Assembly (NCBI GenBank): GCA_964188305.1
Contig: OZ076892.1
DNA: 64,000 nucleotides
Strand: one strand, 5' to 3'
DNA from: Podarcis bocagei
Taxonomy: Eukaryota
Below, in pieces: positions 39,922-51,385 of this stretch (its first letter is position 1; every line of letters starts with the position of its first letter). Below the pieces are notes generated by a model. That model was not told the DNA's origin. It ran no database searches and saw only the letters and a program-made list of their open reading frames with translations. A program made the position numbers and the translations under genes.

Positions 39922-42900
39922 ACTTAGGGAATCTGGGCAGGGAACATTTAATCTATCCTACTTGCTTCTGGCCAGAAGGGTTAAGTGCCCACAGGCCAGG
40001 CACCTCATGTGAAGGCTATTGTAAGAAGAGGGGAGCCTAGTGTGGTGATTTCAGCTGGGGACACACACAGTCAGGAGGACAGAATGATGCCTCTGACGTC
40101 TGCAATTCTAAACACACTCACCAATAACTGCAGCACTCCATTGGACTTATAGATATGGTTAGGATTGTGCTTTTGGTAAGGCTTGACTAGGGATCCGCTC
40201 CAAAATTATTCACAGCTTGTTGTGAACTGCTCTTGTGAACAGCCAGTGTTAATGATGCAAATGCCAGTTGGAACTATATGCATTTAATTTCCTTCGGACA
40301 TTCCTATCTGCACCCCACCGCTTCCAATGCTTATGCCATTTCCCAAACTCTGTGTTTAAGACACAGGGTGTGATGGGAGTTGTAGTCTACTGCTCCACAG
40401 GTATAGGCTGGGTCAGAAGCAGGGATCACCCAGTCCAGTCCTGAATTATGTTGGAACTATCTCAGTACAGATTTCCTCACAGATACTGGATGGAGAAAAC
40501 TGGTTGTGGATCTAAGCTTTCACTTACTGCTGGAAGAAGCAAGCTGGGGTTCTGGCAATGCTGTGGGATACTTTTCAATCACAAAGCTGCTCAGCTGAAG
40601 AATAAAGGATGGCTGGGAACTGTCAGATGGCTTTTCTCAACAGCTAAGCTGCTTACAAGGGCTTGGGTGAGTGGGCTGGATGAGATGGAGGAGAAGAAAA
40701 CAGGAGTAATGCCATTTCCAGACAGCCTGAAACAAGCTGGGGAGGGGACCCTCAAAGTTCACAGCAGAGAAACAAGGCATGGAAGACACCTATTTTACCT
40801 GTTGAGAGAGGAGGGCTTGCCTGGCCGTGCCGCGGTTTAACTCTCCCATGGCCACTCCCCCTCCTGGCACTGATTGGCCAGTGAGGCCACACTCAGTGTG
40901 GCCCCACCCAGCACCGGCGAACCGGCCAGGATGACATGGAAGGGGGTGTCAACTCTCTGCCCCCCTGTCGGATCACTACAGAGTCCCAGATGCCTGGCCA
41001 CAACACCGCCCACCAGATGAGGCGAGCAGATTTATCACTCCCTCTAATACTGAACTTGGTTGGCACGTGCCAATCACTTTGTAGGCAAAATGGGGCTAAT
41101 GAGAAAGAAGGGGAGGTACTATATCTCTGTGCTTGGGTGGATTCTCAGGTATGTAAAACTACTAAGCAAATCAGAAAATGATTGTGACATTTGTCATTTG
41201 CTTTGCCGTGTTCCACTCACCACTGGGACTCTGCAAACAAAGGGAATTTTTGGGTAAGGATGGAGAGAATGTTGTTTGGACTGAATTTTTAGAAGGAACA
41301 TACCTAATGTCTCCCCCCACCCCCCGGAATAATACATAGATTGGAATGCAATTTTTTATATATATTGTGATTCCCTAAATATTGCAACACTGTTATTGGC
41401 TCAGACAACATCATTATTGCAAAAATTGGAGGAATGCGATATCTGAAGGACAATTACATTCCAGTCTGTGTAACGGTCTTGGGGTGTGTGGGTGTGCAAA
41501 ATTGGGTATGTTTACTTAACAATGCAGATCAAATGAAGTTACACATTTAGAAATGCATACATCACAGATATGGATCAGTTCCTTGTCTACCATTAAGTCG
41601 ATGTTGAAAGAGCTGAGGGAATCTACAAAGGCTGCATTGATGGAAAGGGACCTATCCTTTTGCAAAGGAGTTTGCAAGACTCTTCAATTTTGTGATGGCC
41701 ACAAGTACAGAGAGCTTTCAAAGGAGGCTGCAACACCTGCCATCCCTCACCATTTGTCATGCCGTCTGGGGCTGCTGGGATTTGGGAGTACATAAACGTA
41801 TGGATGGCCATAGATTAACCACCCCTGCCCCAGGGTACCGGTCTTCTGCTGGTGGGATGTACAGCGGAGATTGGGAACCATTGTCAGCTTGAGCTCTGTT
41901 CCCTTCTGGGCAATCTTCCAAGGGCCACATGCCAGTGGTGGGTGGGGAGAGAGGCAAAAGTGGGTGTATACATGTATACATTTTACTTTTTGTATAGCAG
42001 GCTAGTTTCATAAATCCATCTCTGTCTTCCATCCCAGGCAGGCAAAAGGCATCACTGCTGTTCAAGGACACATTTCCAACCAAGCAAAATCACTCAAGGA
42101 GGATGTTAAGTTAGGCCAGTGTGAAGTGCAGCCTGGGCAAACAGGGTGTGGCAGGGGATTGTGAATTGCCTGGGGAGTGTCCCAAGGGCCAGAGAGAGAG
42201 GCACGGAGGACTGCATTTGGCCCTAGGGTCTGAGGATTCTGACCCCCATTGTAAAGGTTCAAAGCCCTTTAGGGTGTTGTAAATTTGGGTGTTAACTCAG
42301 CTTTCTGAAAGAGGTTTGTATAGGCTAAGACAGAGAGTGGGGGACCCCCATATTCCCAAACTATCCCTGTTCTTTTATTGCTTTGTTGTCTTCTTTCTAT
42401 GTCTTGATGTCTAGACTGATAAATCTTAGTTGCATCCAGTTTGCAATTTCCTGCTCCTCCTCACAGTCTTTTTTCTGGACCTTGAGGCGAGAGGTCATCT
42501 TGCATCTAGCTTCTGCGAACAGAGGGATAAGCATGGCTTCTTTGCTTCTCCAACTAGATAGTTAGCTAGAACTACAGAACTCTTTCCTGTCCAGAATGTG
42601 CTTCCTTAAAAAAATAAGCTTTCTTACTTTATACCAAGTCTCAATCTGAATACTTTTCAACTAAAGCTGTGCTCCAAGCAAGGATTAATTTGACTGAAGT
42701 TAACTACTTCTTCTGCATATAAGCTCTATATGCTAACATAGGGAAGCATATCTGCCATTATTGATCTTCTCTTGGGGGAACCCACAGAGTTCCCATGAGC
42801 ACAATTCCAAAATCATTACATTCAATGGTTCTCTTTACGTTTCTATTCTGTAGCATACATGGATGGGCAATTCTGTCCATTTTGCTTGCTCTCCATTTCT

Positions 42901-45119
42901 CGTTTTCCCCTCTTCAGTTCTCCACATTTTCTGATCACTTTGCAATTTTTGTAAAAGTCCTCATGAAAATTCATCAGCACTTCTGTATGAATTTCTCCTA
43001 TTATACACATTTTTGCATGCAATTCTGCGCGCACACACACACAAACAAACACACTATTTGCAAGCAGTGCATTTCTAATGTTATCTTCAGCAATGTATAT
43101 ACATGTTTATGCAGGCATTTTTGGTCACATTATTTGGGCTGGCGTACTGCATTGCAAAATTCAGAGAAGTGTGAATTTTGAAGGAAGGTTGTGCTATGAT
43201 TCCCACCTTGTTTTAGGGAATGCAATTTTGGTGTATTTGCCTTTAAATGTGAACTGAACCAAATTTCCCCACCATTCTTAGCAGCATCTGTCCTCTGTTG
43301 AAAGCATTTCTGACCCAGAAAATGGACTGCCCAGTGTGTACCACATAGTGCTGATTTAAAAGAAAAGACCTCTGCTGCCTCCCCGGCCATCAGCAGGGCA
43401 CCAATTCTCCATTGATAGCAGGAGGATTGTGAGCGAGAAGTGAGCAATCTTTCAGAACTCATCAAACACTCTGGTCGTTTGAGGTTTTTATATCTGACTA
43501 TCTCCTACATTAGCCATTTAAATTAAAACATTTATAATTAATTGAGCCAATCATGCCTCCTCCCCACCCACCCCTGCTTTGGGGGATTTGGAGCGTATGA
43601 GCTGTCAGTAAATTTTAGTTTCTTAAGCAGTAGAGTAGCCATTTCATTTACGGGCATCTCGTTTCCCTGCAAGGCATGAATCAAGGGCAGACAAAGAGCA
43701 GCTTTAACATGAAAATCAATTGATAGGAAAGACAGATGAATGCATATTTTTCAGAAGCGGAAATGAAGGGAAAAGCAAGGATGTCATTAGGAATGGACCC
43801 GAAAGACAGCAAGAGAGAGAGAGAAAGGAGTGAAAGGGAAGAAGAGGGAGAGGGAGGGAGGTCAATATCCTAAAGAGATAATTGGGAAGATAAAGAGTAC
43901 AGAAGAAAGTAGTGAAATTGGGGTTTCTTTGTACCTTTGTACATGCAAGTAATGCAGGTCTAGTATACCTGAATAAAGTAACTGCTAAATTCCCTGCTAC
44001 ACCATGAAGCTCGTTTGCTGACCTTGGACAAGTCATTCTATCACAGCCTAACATACCTGCCAGGATCTTTCAGATGTGCAGTGTCTCCTGGAAAACTGGC
44101 ATATATTGAGGCAAAGAATTTGAATGGGACTAGAGAGACAGCTCATGGGAAGCGGGGAATGGGGATGGGCAAATATGTCCATTTCAGCTTCAGGTTCTTT
44201 CCAATCTTAAGTTCAGTTCTCTACATTTCCACATCAGCTTGGAATTTTTAAAAATAGGTCCTCATGAAAGTTCAGCAGGATCTTAGTGCAATTTTCTCCT
44301 GATAGGAACGCTTGCATTTTGCCTAATGAACACACTTTTGCAAAGCAATTGCCCCTAGAACAATTCATGTCTGTCTGTTATTTTCAGCCATATATGCATT
44401 TTTTAAAGGCACACTTTACCCTAGTTATGTTCACTTTTGTACACATTACGTGGCTGGGGAATTGCATTGCAAAATTTGGAGATGTGGAAATTCCTGCATA
44501 TCATATCGGAAAGTGTGCATTAGCAAAGTTTGCCTCCCAATGCAAAAGTGGATTGAATTAGAATGGATCTCAGGAAACAGCTTGTGGAAAGTAGAGGGTG
44601 GGATAAGGGGACTGGGTTGTATATCACTATTCCATTGCTGTAACATTGTAAAATGGGACTTCCCACTTTGGGCAATTAGATTCTCAGAATTAATTGAAAA
44701 AGTTTTAGAGCTCTCAGCAAGAGGTGGAGGGGGGCGGGTAAGTAATGTGCTGGAGGAAAAGCCCATAAAGAAGCCAAGCCGCCAGCATTCTCACTCAAGT
44801 ATTAAATAGAATCATCTGTAATGGAAGGGAAGTTAAATAAGAAAGCGTAATAAGCAGAGAGAATGGGTGATGGGGGGCTTTTCTCTTCTGTAATTCAAAG
44901 GAAATAGAATTGATCCTGCTGGGTTTCAGTTTGTCATTCAGTAATAATCATTTCCTGATCAACAGGTAGGAACAATTCAAGCTCTTTCAATTACATTATC
45001 ATCCTGCTAACCGTACCTGTAGCGACTGCTGAAATCATCTGCTCATGATAAGAAGTGAAATGCTCACCAAACGTTAGGGATGCATGGAAACTGTAGACAT
45101 GTATTTGTATGTATTTATT

Positions 45120-45298
45120 GCATTTACATACAACCTTTTCTTCCAAGGAGCTCTTCCTCTTCCCATTTTATTCTCACAGCAACCCTGAGAGACAGTGACT
45201 GGTGCAAGGTCACCAAGAGAGCTTCATGGCTGAGTGGGGCTTTGAACCCCAGTCTCCCAAGTCAAAGTCCAGCACTTTAACCACTACACCACACTGGA
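45120..45298 (-). mobile_element. Old MIR/Ther1- or Squam3A-like SINE
   Basis: Reverse complement CCAGTGTGGTGTAGTGGTTAAAGTGCTGGACT...CTGGGTTCAAAGCCCCACTCAGCCATGAAGCTC..GGTGACCTTG. Confidence 0.7.
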
Positions 45299-45741
45299 TG
45301 GGAGTTGTGGCCCAAAATAATCTGGAGGGCACCAATGTTGGCTACATTTGGTTGACAGTGGTGGTAGCACATCACCAGGTTTTCAGGCAGGAGACTTTTC
45401 CTGCCTTCCCACGGGATGTCAGAGATGGACCCTGGCACCTTCTACCTCCTGCAAACTCTATCTCTGGAGGCTCACCAAAGACCAAGGACTCTGCACACTG
45501 GCTCTCAATGCTGCTCATGGAAGCTGCTTTTTCTGCTCTGCATATTTCTCCCAGCTTTGTGTAGGTTCCTGAAACCCAGTCCCTTCTACTTCCTCCCAGT
45601 GGTGGTATTTGTGGACAGCTTAGACATGGGTGACTTCTTTCTATCCCTGACATGTGACAGAATGACACATCTTGGCATTGTGTGTTTTCCCCCGGCAGAG
45701 TGACAGAATACATTAACACCAGCATGGTGCCTTCACATTGG

Positions 45742-45742
<1 letters not shown>

Positions 45743-45781
<39 letters not shown>
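45743..45781. repeat. (TG)n microsatellite
   Basis: Directly visible. Confidence 0.95.
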
Positions 45782-45783
<2 letters not shown>

Positions 45784-47980
45784 AGAGAAGGCAATTGCAA
45801 AACATCAAAGCCCTGCTGACTCCTGGTGTTGGTAGAATTCATCATAAAATCTTTGTTTATGTTCCATGAGTCAGGTGGAATAACAAAGACCTGACAGTCA
45901 ACACCCCCTCATGCCCTGACCGCCATCGCTCTTCACTGAGAAGAACAGCCGCAACATACCTGGGAACCCATCAGGAAGACAGTGGGGCTACTGTGACAAT
46001 GATAGGGACATCTGTGGAGGGGAGCCAGCCCATCTGGAAATGGGGCTTGAGAACCATTAATCATTCAGTGAATGCATGTAACTGATTCCTTTTCAACCTG
46101 CACAGAATATTCTCTTATTCTGGCATTTGTTTCCAAACCAGCATACTCATCATGTTCCAGGGGTGGGGAACTTCTCTCCTGTGGGATGAATGTGGCCCTC
46201 CAGTTTTCTCTATCTGGCTCTTGGCATTATCTCCAGGCCACACCCATCTCCACAGGCCACACCCCTCTCCAGCCATGCTTCACACCCTTTTGAAGTGCTT
46301 ATGTCTGCTTGGACCTGTCTCCTTGAATTGTGTTCATGCCTTGTGCTTCTGTGGATTGAGAGGTGTGCGCATAGTATGTGTTTGTGTGTGTGTGCATGCA
46401 CAGATGTAGAAACAGTTTGGGGTAGATGGAATGGAAGCTACTGCATAAATGTAAGACACACATCCATTGCTCCATCCACTTCTGGTTCTGGCCCCATGCA
46501 GTTTTGCCTCTGACTTTCCCCACTTTTGCCTCTGGCCATAGCCATCACTTCCATGTGTAAGGCTGTTAAGGAGACATCATTTCCCATTCTGCCTTGAATT
46601 CGTGGCATGCAGCAACATTTCCATTCTGCTGCAGTTTTTCTTCTGGCAACAACTACACTATTCATCTTGCTGTCTGCACTAGCAAATTTACTTACCTTAT
46701 GTAATTTGCATAATTAGTTACATAAATTAAGTTGTCGCCATGTTATTCCACCCCATTCACTTCAGTGCAAAGGAAACACTATGCAAAAAGGAGAAAAAAA
46801 GTAATCATTTACATATCATTTGTGGACTGGAAGCAGCAGCAACAGCGATTTCGGATGGGGGGGGGGGAGTAAGAAGGCATTGCTTTCCATTCAGCTCTGT
46901 ATTTAGCACATGAGGCACTGTTTCTGTTCATCTCCTGCCAACAACTACATTTTTCGTTTCACTGTCTGCTGTGGTGAAATTCCATAACTTCCATAATTTA
47001 CATAATTACACACAACTCCTACTGGAATGCTCGTTATCCAAAATATCAGAATTATACTCAAATCTTGCTATACAAACAGCTGATTTAGATATCCAAACAG
47101 CCAGAGTTTGTCCACTTCCTTGCATGTTTGTATTTTGTTGGTCAGCGGCAGCCATGTTAGGCAGAAATCATGGAGGGAGGGAGAGAGGTCTGACAAATCA
47201 GGGATCAGGACAGATTGGACAAATCAGTTTTCCCTTTGTTTGGCTTTTGCTGATTGGCTGCAGCAGTTTCAGACAGAAAGCATGGTTGGAGAAAGCATGG
47301 ATTAGAAATGTTTCCATAGGAAATAATGTGAATCATCATCTTGTTATGTGAATTGCTCATCTAATGAATGATTCTCTGGGAACACATTGTGTTTGGAAAG
47401 CAGGACATGCATGTATATAAATTACCTGTTACATTGGTATTATTCTATTCCATTCATTTCAATGTGAAGGAAACACAATGAGAATGGCAAGGGGTTTAAT
47501 AAACTATGTATCATTTGCAGACTGAAAGGAATAACAACTGTGAATGCTGATTATATTTGATGGATTTGACATGGGCTGAAAAACTGAACTCCAGAAACTT
47601 TTGTTCCCATTTTTTGTTTTCATCTCTGACACCCTATTTGGGCCAACTTTCACTCATGAAGCAAACATGAAATTAGGTAAATAGTTTTGACTCAGTTCTG
47701 GTTCCCACTTTACTGCAGAAGTTTGTCAAAAGTCCACTCAAGAGCTATTTCTGTATTCCTCCGCCCTCTCTCTCATCTACTAGGAATCAACATTGATTGA
47801 AGATCAATAGTAGCCTGTGCTCATGAAATATTAGGTAGGGATGCACCATGTATCCTTGGCCTTTTTGACTTCTGGAGTGAAAATCATGTATTTGAAGTTG
47901 GTTGTTCAGAATAAGGCAAGTTGTTTCCAAAAAGGATTAATGCATCCACACATCCACAACATTCATTCAGTGAGGTGATG

Positions 47981-48028
47981 GAATCATAGAATTGTTGAGT
48001 TGGAAGGGATCCTGAGGATCATCTAGTC

Positions 48029-48062
<34 letters not shown>

Positions 48063-48192
48063 TTTATTATTTATAACCCACCCATCTGGTTGGGTTTCCC
48101 CGGCCACTCAGGAATATGCAGCTGTCCCATACGGGGATCAAACCTGCGACCTTGGTGTTATCAGCACCATGCTCTAACCAACTGAGCTATCC
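47981..48192 (-). mobile_element. tRNA(Ile)-like-head SINE with CR1 tail, interrupted by an L2-type tail fragment with (AAT)n at 48030-48110
   Basis: Reverse complement head GGATAGCTCAGTTGGTTAGAGCATGGTGCTGATAACACCAAGGTCGCAGGTTTGATCCCC; tail CCCTTCCAACTCAACAATTCTATGATTC. Confidence 0.75.
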
Positions 48193-49073
48193 ATTAGGAA
48201 CCCCACACATACCCCTCCTTAAAAAAAGTAGATTGTTCTGTAAAGCATTTCCAAATTAAGTCTATTTGTCTGGATGGAAAGAAGCATAATAGTCAAGACT
48301 CTTCATCAACAGTCTGACATATGTTAAACAGGAAGGTAGTCAATTCTTTGATGACAGGAAGTAGCTAGCCAGTCAGCAATTTGACAGATAACTACAGAAG
48401 GCAAAAGTGTGGTCTGCACCTTGATGGGTAAAACAATGATAAGCAACAGCCTGGCACATTATGATATTACAAGTTGAATAAGAGACAGCAGTGCAATACA
48501 ATAGCACATTGAATAAGAGACAATACACATTTCATAGAATCATAGAGTTGGCAGAGACCACAAGGGGCATCGAGTCCAACCCCCTGCCAAGCAGGAAACA
48601 CCATCAGAGCACTCCTGACATATGGTTGTCAAGCCTCTGCTTAAAGACCTCCAAAGAAGGAGACTCCACCACACTCCTTGGCAGCAAATTCCACTGTCGA
48701 ACAGCTCTTACTGTCAGGAAGTTCTTCCTAATGTTTAGGTGGAATCTTCTTTCTTGTAGTTTGGATCCATTGCTCCGTGTCCGCTTCTCTGGAGCAGCAG
48801 AAAACAACCTTTCTCCCTCCTCTATGTGACATCCTTTTATATATTTGAACATGGCTATCATATCACCCCTTAACCTCCTCTTCTCCAGGCTAAACATGCC
48901 CAGCTCCCTTAGCCGTTCCTCATAAGGCATCGTTTCCAGGCCTTTGACCATTTTGGTTGCCCTCCTCTGGACACGTTCCAGTTTGTCAGTGTCCTTCTTG
49001 AACTGTGGTGCCCAGAACTGGACACAGTACTCCAGGTGAGGTCTGACCAGAGCAGAATACAGTGGCATTATTA

Positions 49074-50109
49074 CCGTATTTTGCGCCCCATAAGACGCTC
49101 CGGCCCATAAGACGCACCTAGTTTTTTGGGGGGGAAATAAAGAAAAAAAATTTTATTTCCCCCCACAGGTGCGGGGCTGGAAGAACCAGGTCGGGGAACA
49201 GAGGGAAGGCACGCTCTGCCTCCCCGCTGTCCCCCGAGCTTGTGGGGCTGGCGATGGGGAGAAGTGCACCAGTCCCGGGAGGGCAGGCAGCTCTGCCCCG
49301 CCATCCCGAGCGGGGCAGGACTTAGCGCACCGCTCGGGATGGCGGCGTAGACCCGCCTGCAGTCCCGCGAAGGCAGGCAGCTCTGTGCCGCCATCCCGAG
49401 CGGGGCAGGACTTAGCGCACCGCTCGGGATGGCGGCGTAGACCCGCCTGCAGTCCCGGGAGGGCAGGCAGCTCTGTGCCGCCATCCCGAGCGGGGCGGGA
49501 CTTAGCGCACCGCTCGGGATGGCGGCGTAGACCCGCCTGCAGTCCCGCGAAGGCAGGCAGCTCTGTGCCGCCATCCCGAGCGGGGCAGGACTTAGCGCAC
49601 CGCTCGGGATGGCGGCGTAGACCCGCCTGCAGTCCCGCGAAGGCAGGCAGCTCTGTGCCGCCATCCCGAGCGGGGCAGGACTTAGCGCACCGCTCGGGAT
49701 GGCGGCGTAGACCCGCCTGCAGTCCCGCGAAGGCAGGCAGCTCTGTGCCGCCATCCCGAGCGGGGCAGGACTTAGCGCACCGCTCGGGATGGCGGCGTAG
49801 ACCCGCCTGCAGTCCCGCGAAGGCAGGCAGCTCTGTGCCGCCATCCCGAGCGGGGCAGGACTTAGCGCACCGCTCGGGATGGCGGCGTAGACCCGGGATT
49901 GCAGGCAGCTCTGCACAACCCTCGGAGCCGGTCTCCCGAGGGTTGTGCAGAGCTTCCTGAAGCCTGGAGAGCGAGAGGGGTCGGTGCGCACCGACCCCCC
50001 TCGCTCTCCAGGCTTCAGCGAAAGCCTGCATTCGCCCCATAAGACGCAGGCACATTTCCCCTTCATTTTTGGAGGGGAAAAAGTGCGTCTTATGGGGCGA
50101 AAAATACGG
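49074..50109. mobile_element. Non-autonomous Tc1/mariner-superfamily (pogo/Tc2-like TIR) transposon, 1036 bp
   Basis: TIRs CCGTATTTT(G/T)CGCCCCATAAGACGC; TA duplication at 49072-49073 and 50110-50111; subterminal CCCATAAGACGC repeats near 49104 and 50036; no transposase coding. Confidence 0.93.
49271..49894. repeat. GC/CpG-rich 90-bp tandem array (~6.9 units), each unit with a 17-bp inverted repeat
   Basis: CTTAGCGCACCGCTCGGGATGG... recurs at 49321, 49411, 49501, 49591, 49681, 49771 and 49861; arms GCCGCCATCCCGAGCGG / CCGCTCGGGATGGCGGC. Confidence 0.97.
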
Positions 50110-50974
50110 TACTTCCCTTGATCTAGATGCTATACTCCTATTGATGTAGGAATGCAAACTGAAATGCAAGTAATGTGCACACTAACCACTTGGTTATTGT
50201 GATATAATGGCAATTTTATTGCTTATATTTGCATTTTTTTAATTTAAAAAAATCTACCTTTTAAACATAGGAGGTCTTGTAATTCAAAGTCAGGATATAA
50301 TTCTTTTAAATACAGAAATTAAAGCTCCAGTTCTCTACATACACAGTGAGACTTACATCTAAGTAGACATACATGGGACTGGAAAGCATGTAGTTTCCTG
50401 GCTCCCTCCCACAAACATGCAAGCAGAGGCTCTTAAAAATGAGAGGAGATATTTATTCAGGCAAATGACAGCACACACCCAACAGCAGACACAAGGCTCA
50501 GATGTCATGGTTTTGGAGTTCAAGAGAAGGGCAAGTCGTTCAGAACTAGACCGAAGCAACAAAGATGTCACGACAAGTTTCCATGCCTTGCCCACCAAGC
50601 TATTAAAGACAAGGTGCAGTACGCTCACTTGCAAGACTCGCATGTCATTCAGGAATGTTGAAATTTCAAATGGTTACTCCTTCATAGGTAGGGTCCGATC
50701 TGCGAAGGTGCTATCTGATTCTAGGTGACAAGACTGCACCCACTTGTTTGGGTTTCTGGCCAGTTGCTGCTGCCCCCAGTTATGCCTTCCTGTTCACTGC
50801 TCCAAACTCTCCCCAGCTTCCACTGCAGAATGTGGGGGTGGGCAGAGTCAGCATCCCTGCTCCCCATTCCAAAGTGGCTGAAGTTTGGGCAGAAAGGTGT
50901 GATTCTCCACCCTCCAACCCAGGTTTCCAACATTCATCCCCCTCCCCTGTTTCTTTCTCCTTGTGTGTCAGAAC

Positions 50975-51385
50975 CCAAACAAATGGATACAAGTTAGAAG
51001 GAAGGTTCCAATAAATATTAGGGAGAACTTTCTGGCAGTAAGAGCTCTTTGACAGTCTCGGAAGGTGGTGGACCCTTCATCCAACAGAGGTTGGATGCAC
51101 ATCTGTCAGGGATTCATAAAACTGTAGAGTTGTAGGGTTGGAAGATATCCCAAGGGACATCTAGTCTAACACTCTGCAATACAAGAATAACAGCTAATTA
51201 AAGGAGATTCCAACTAAACACCAGGAAGAACTTTCTGATGGTAAGAGCTGTTCATCAGTGGAACGGACTCCCTTGGAAGGTGGTAGACTCTTCTTCTTTG
51301 GATGTTTTTAAGCAGAGGTTGGATGGCCATCTGTCATGGGTGCTTTAGTTGACATCCCTGTGTTTTGCAGGGGTCGGACTGGATG
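50975..51385 (+). mobile_element. Cluster of decayed CR1 3' fragments (two + strand pieces flanking a - strand tail)
   Basis: AGG(G/A)AGAACTTTCTG..GTAAGAGCT and CAGAGGTTGGATG motifs occur twice; TAGAGTTGTAGGGTTGGAAG reverse tail lies between them. Confidence 0.7.

Larger units (their letters stand above)
48533..50146 (-). mobile_element. Young CR1 LINE 3' end, split by a DNA transposon (CR1 parts 48533-49073 and 50110-50146)
   Basis: ORF 48604-49068 is nearly identical to the 28661 copy; removing 49074-50111 restores ...GCATCTAGATCAAGGGAAGTAATAATGCCACTG. Confidence 0.96.

Noticed and set aside
48125-48192. tRNA-Ile(GAT)-like gene on the minus strand
   Set aside because: It is the head of a SINE: it continues into a CR1-type tail, the T-loop is mutated (GTTTGA) and there is no proper acceptor stem.
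49271-49894. CRISPR-like array of palindromic repeats
   Set aside because: Intervening sequences are near-identical rather than unique spacers, there are no cas genes, the context is vertebrate, and the array lies within TIRs.
49071-50169. Long ORFs of 331, 338 and 263 aa with 30-aa repeats
   Set aside because: They arise from a GC-rich 90-bp (multiple of 3) tandem array inside a MITE, are open in several frames on both strands, and show no recognisable domain.
50389-50730. Possible minus-strand solo LTR (TGT...ACA with AATAAA); similar CCTGACA-ending piece at 15880-16075
   Set aside because: No TSD or second copy; the termini could be chance.
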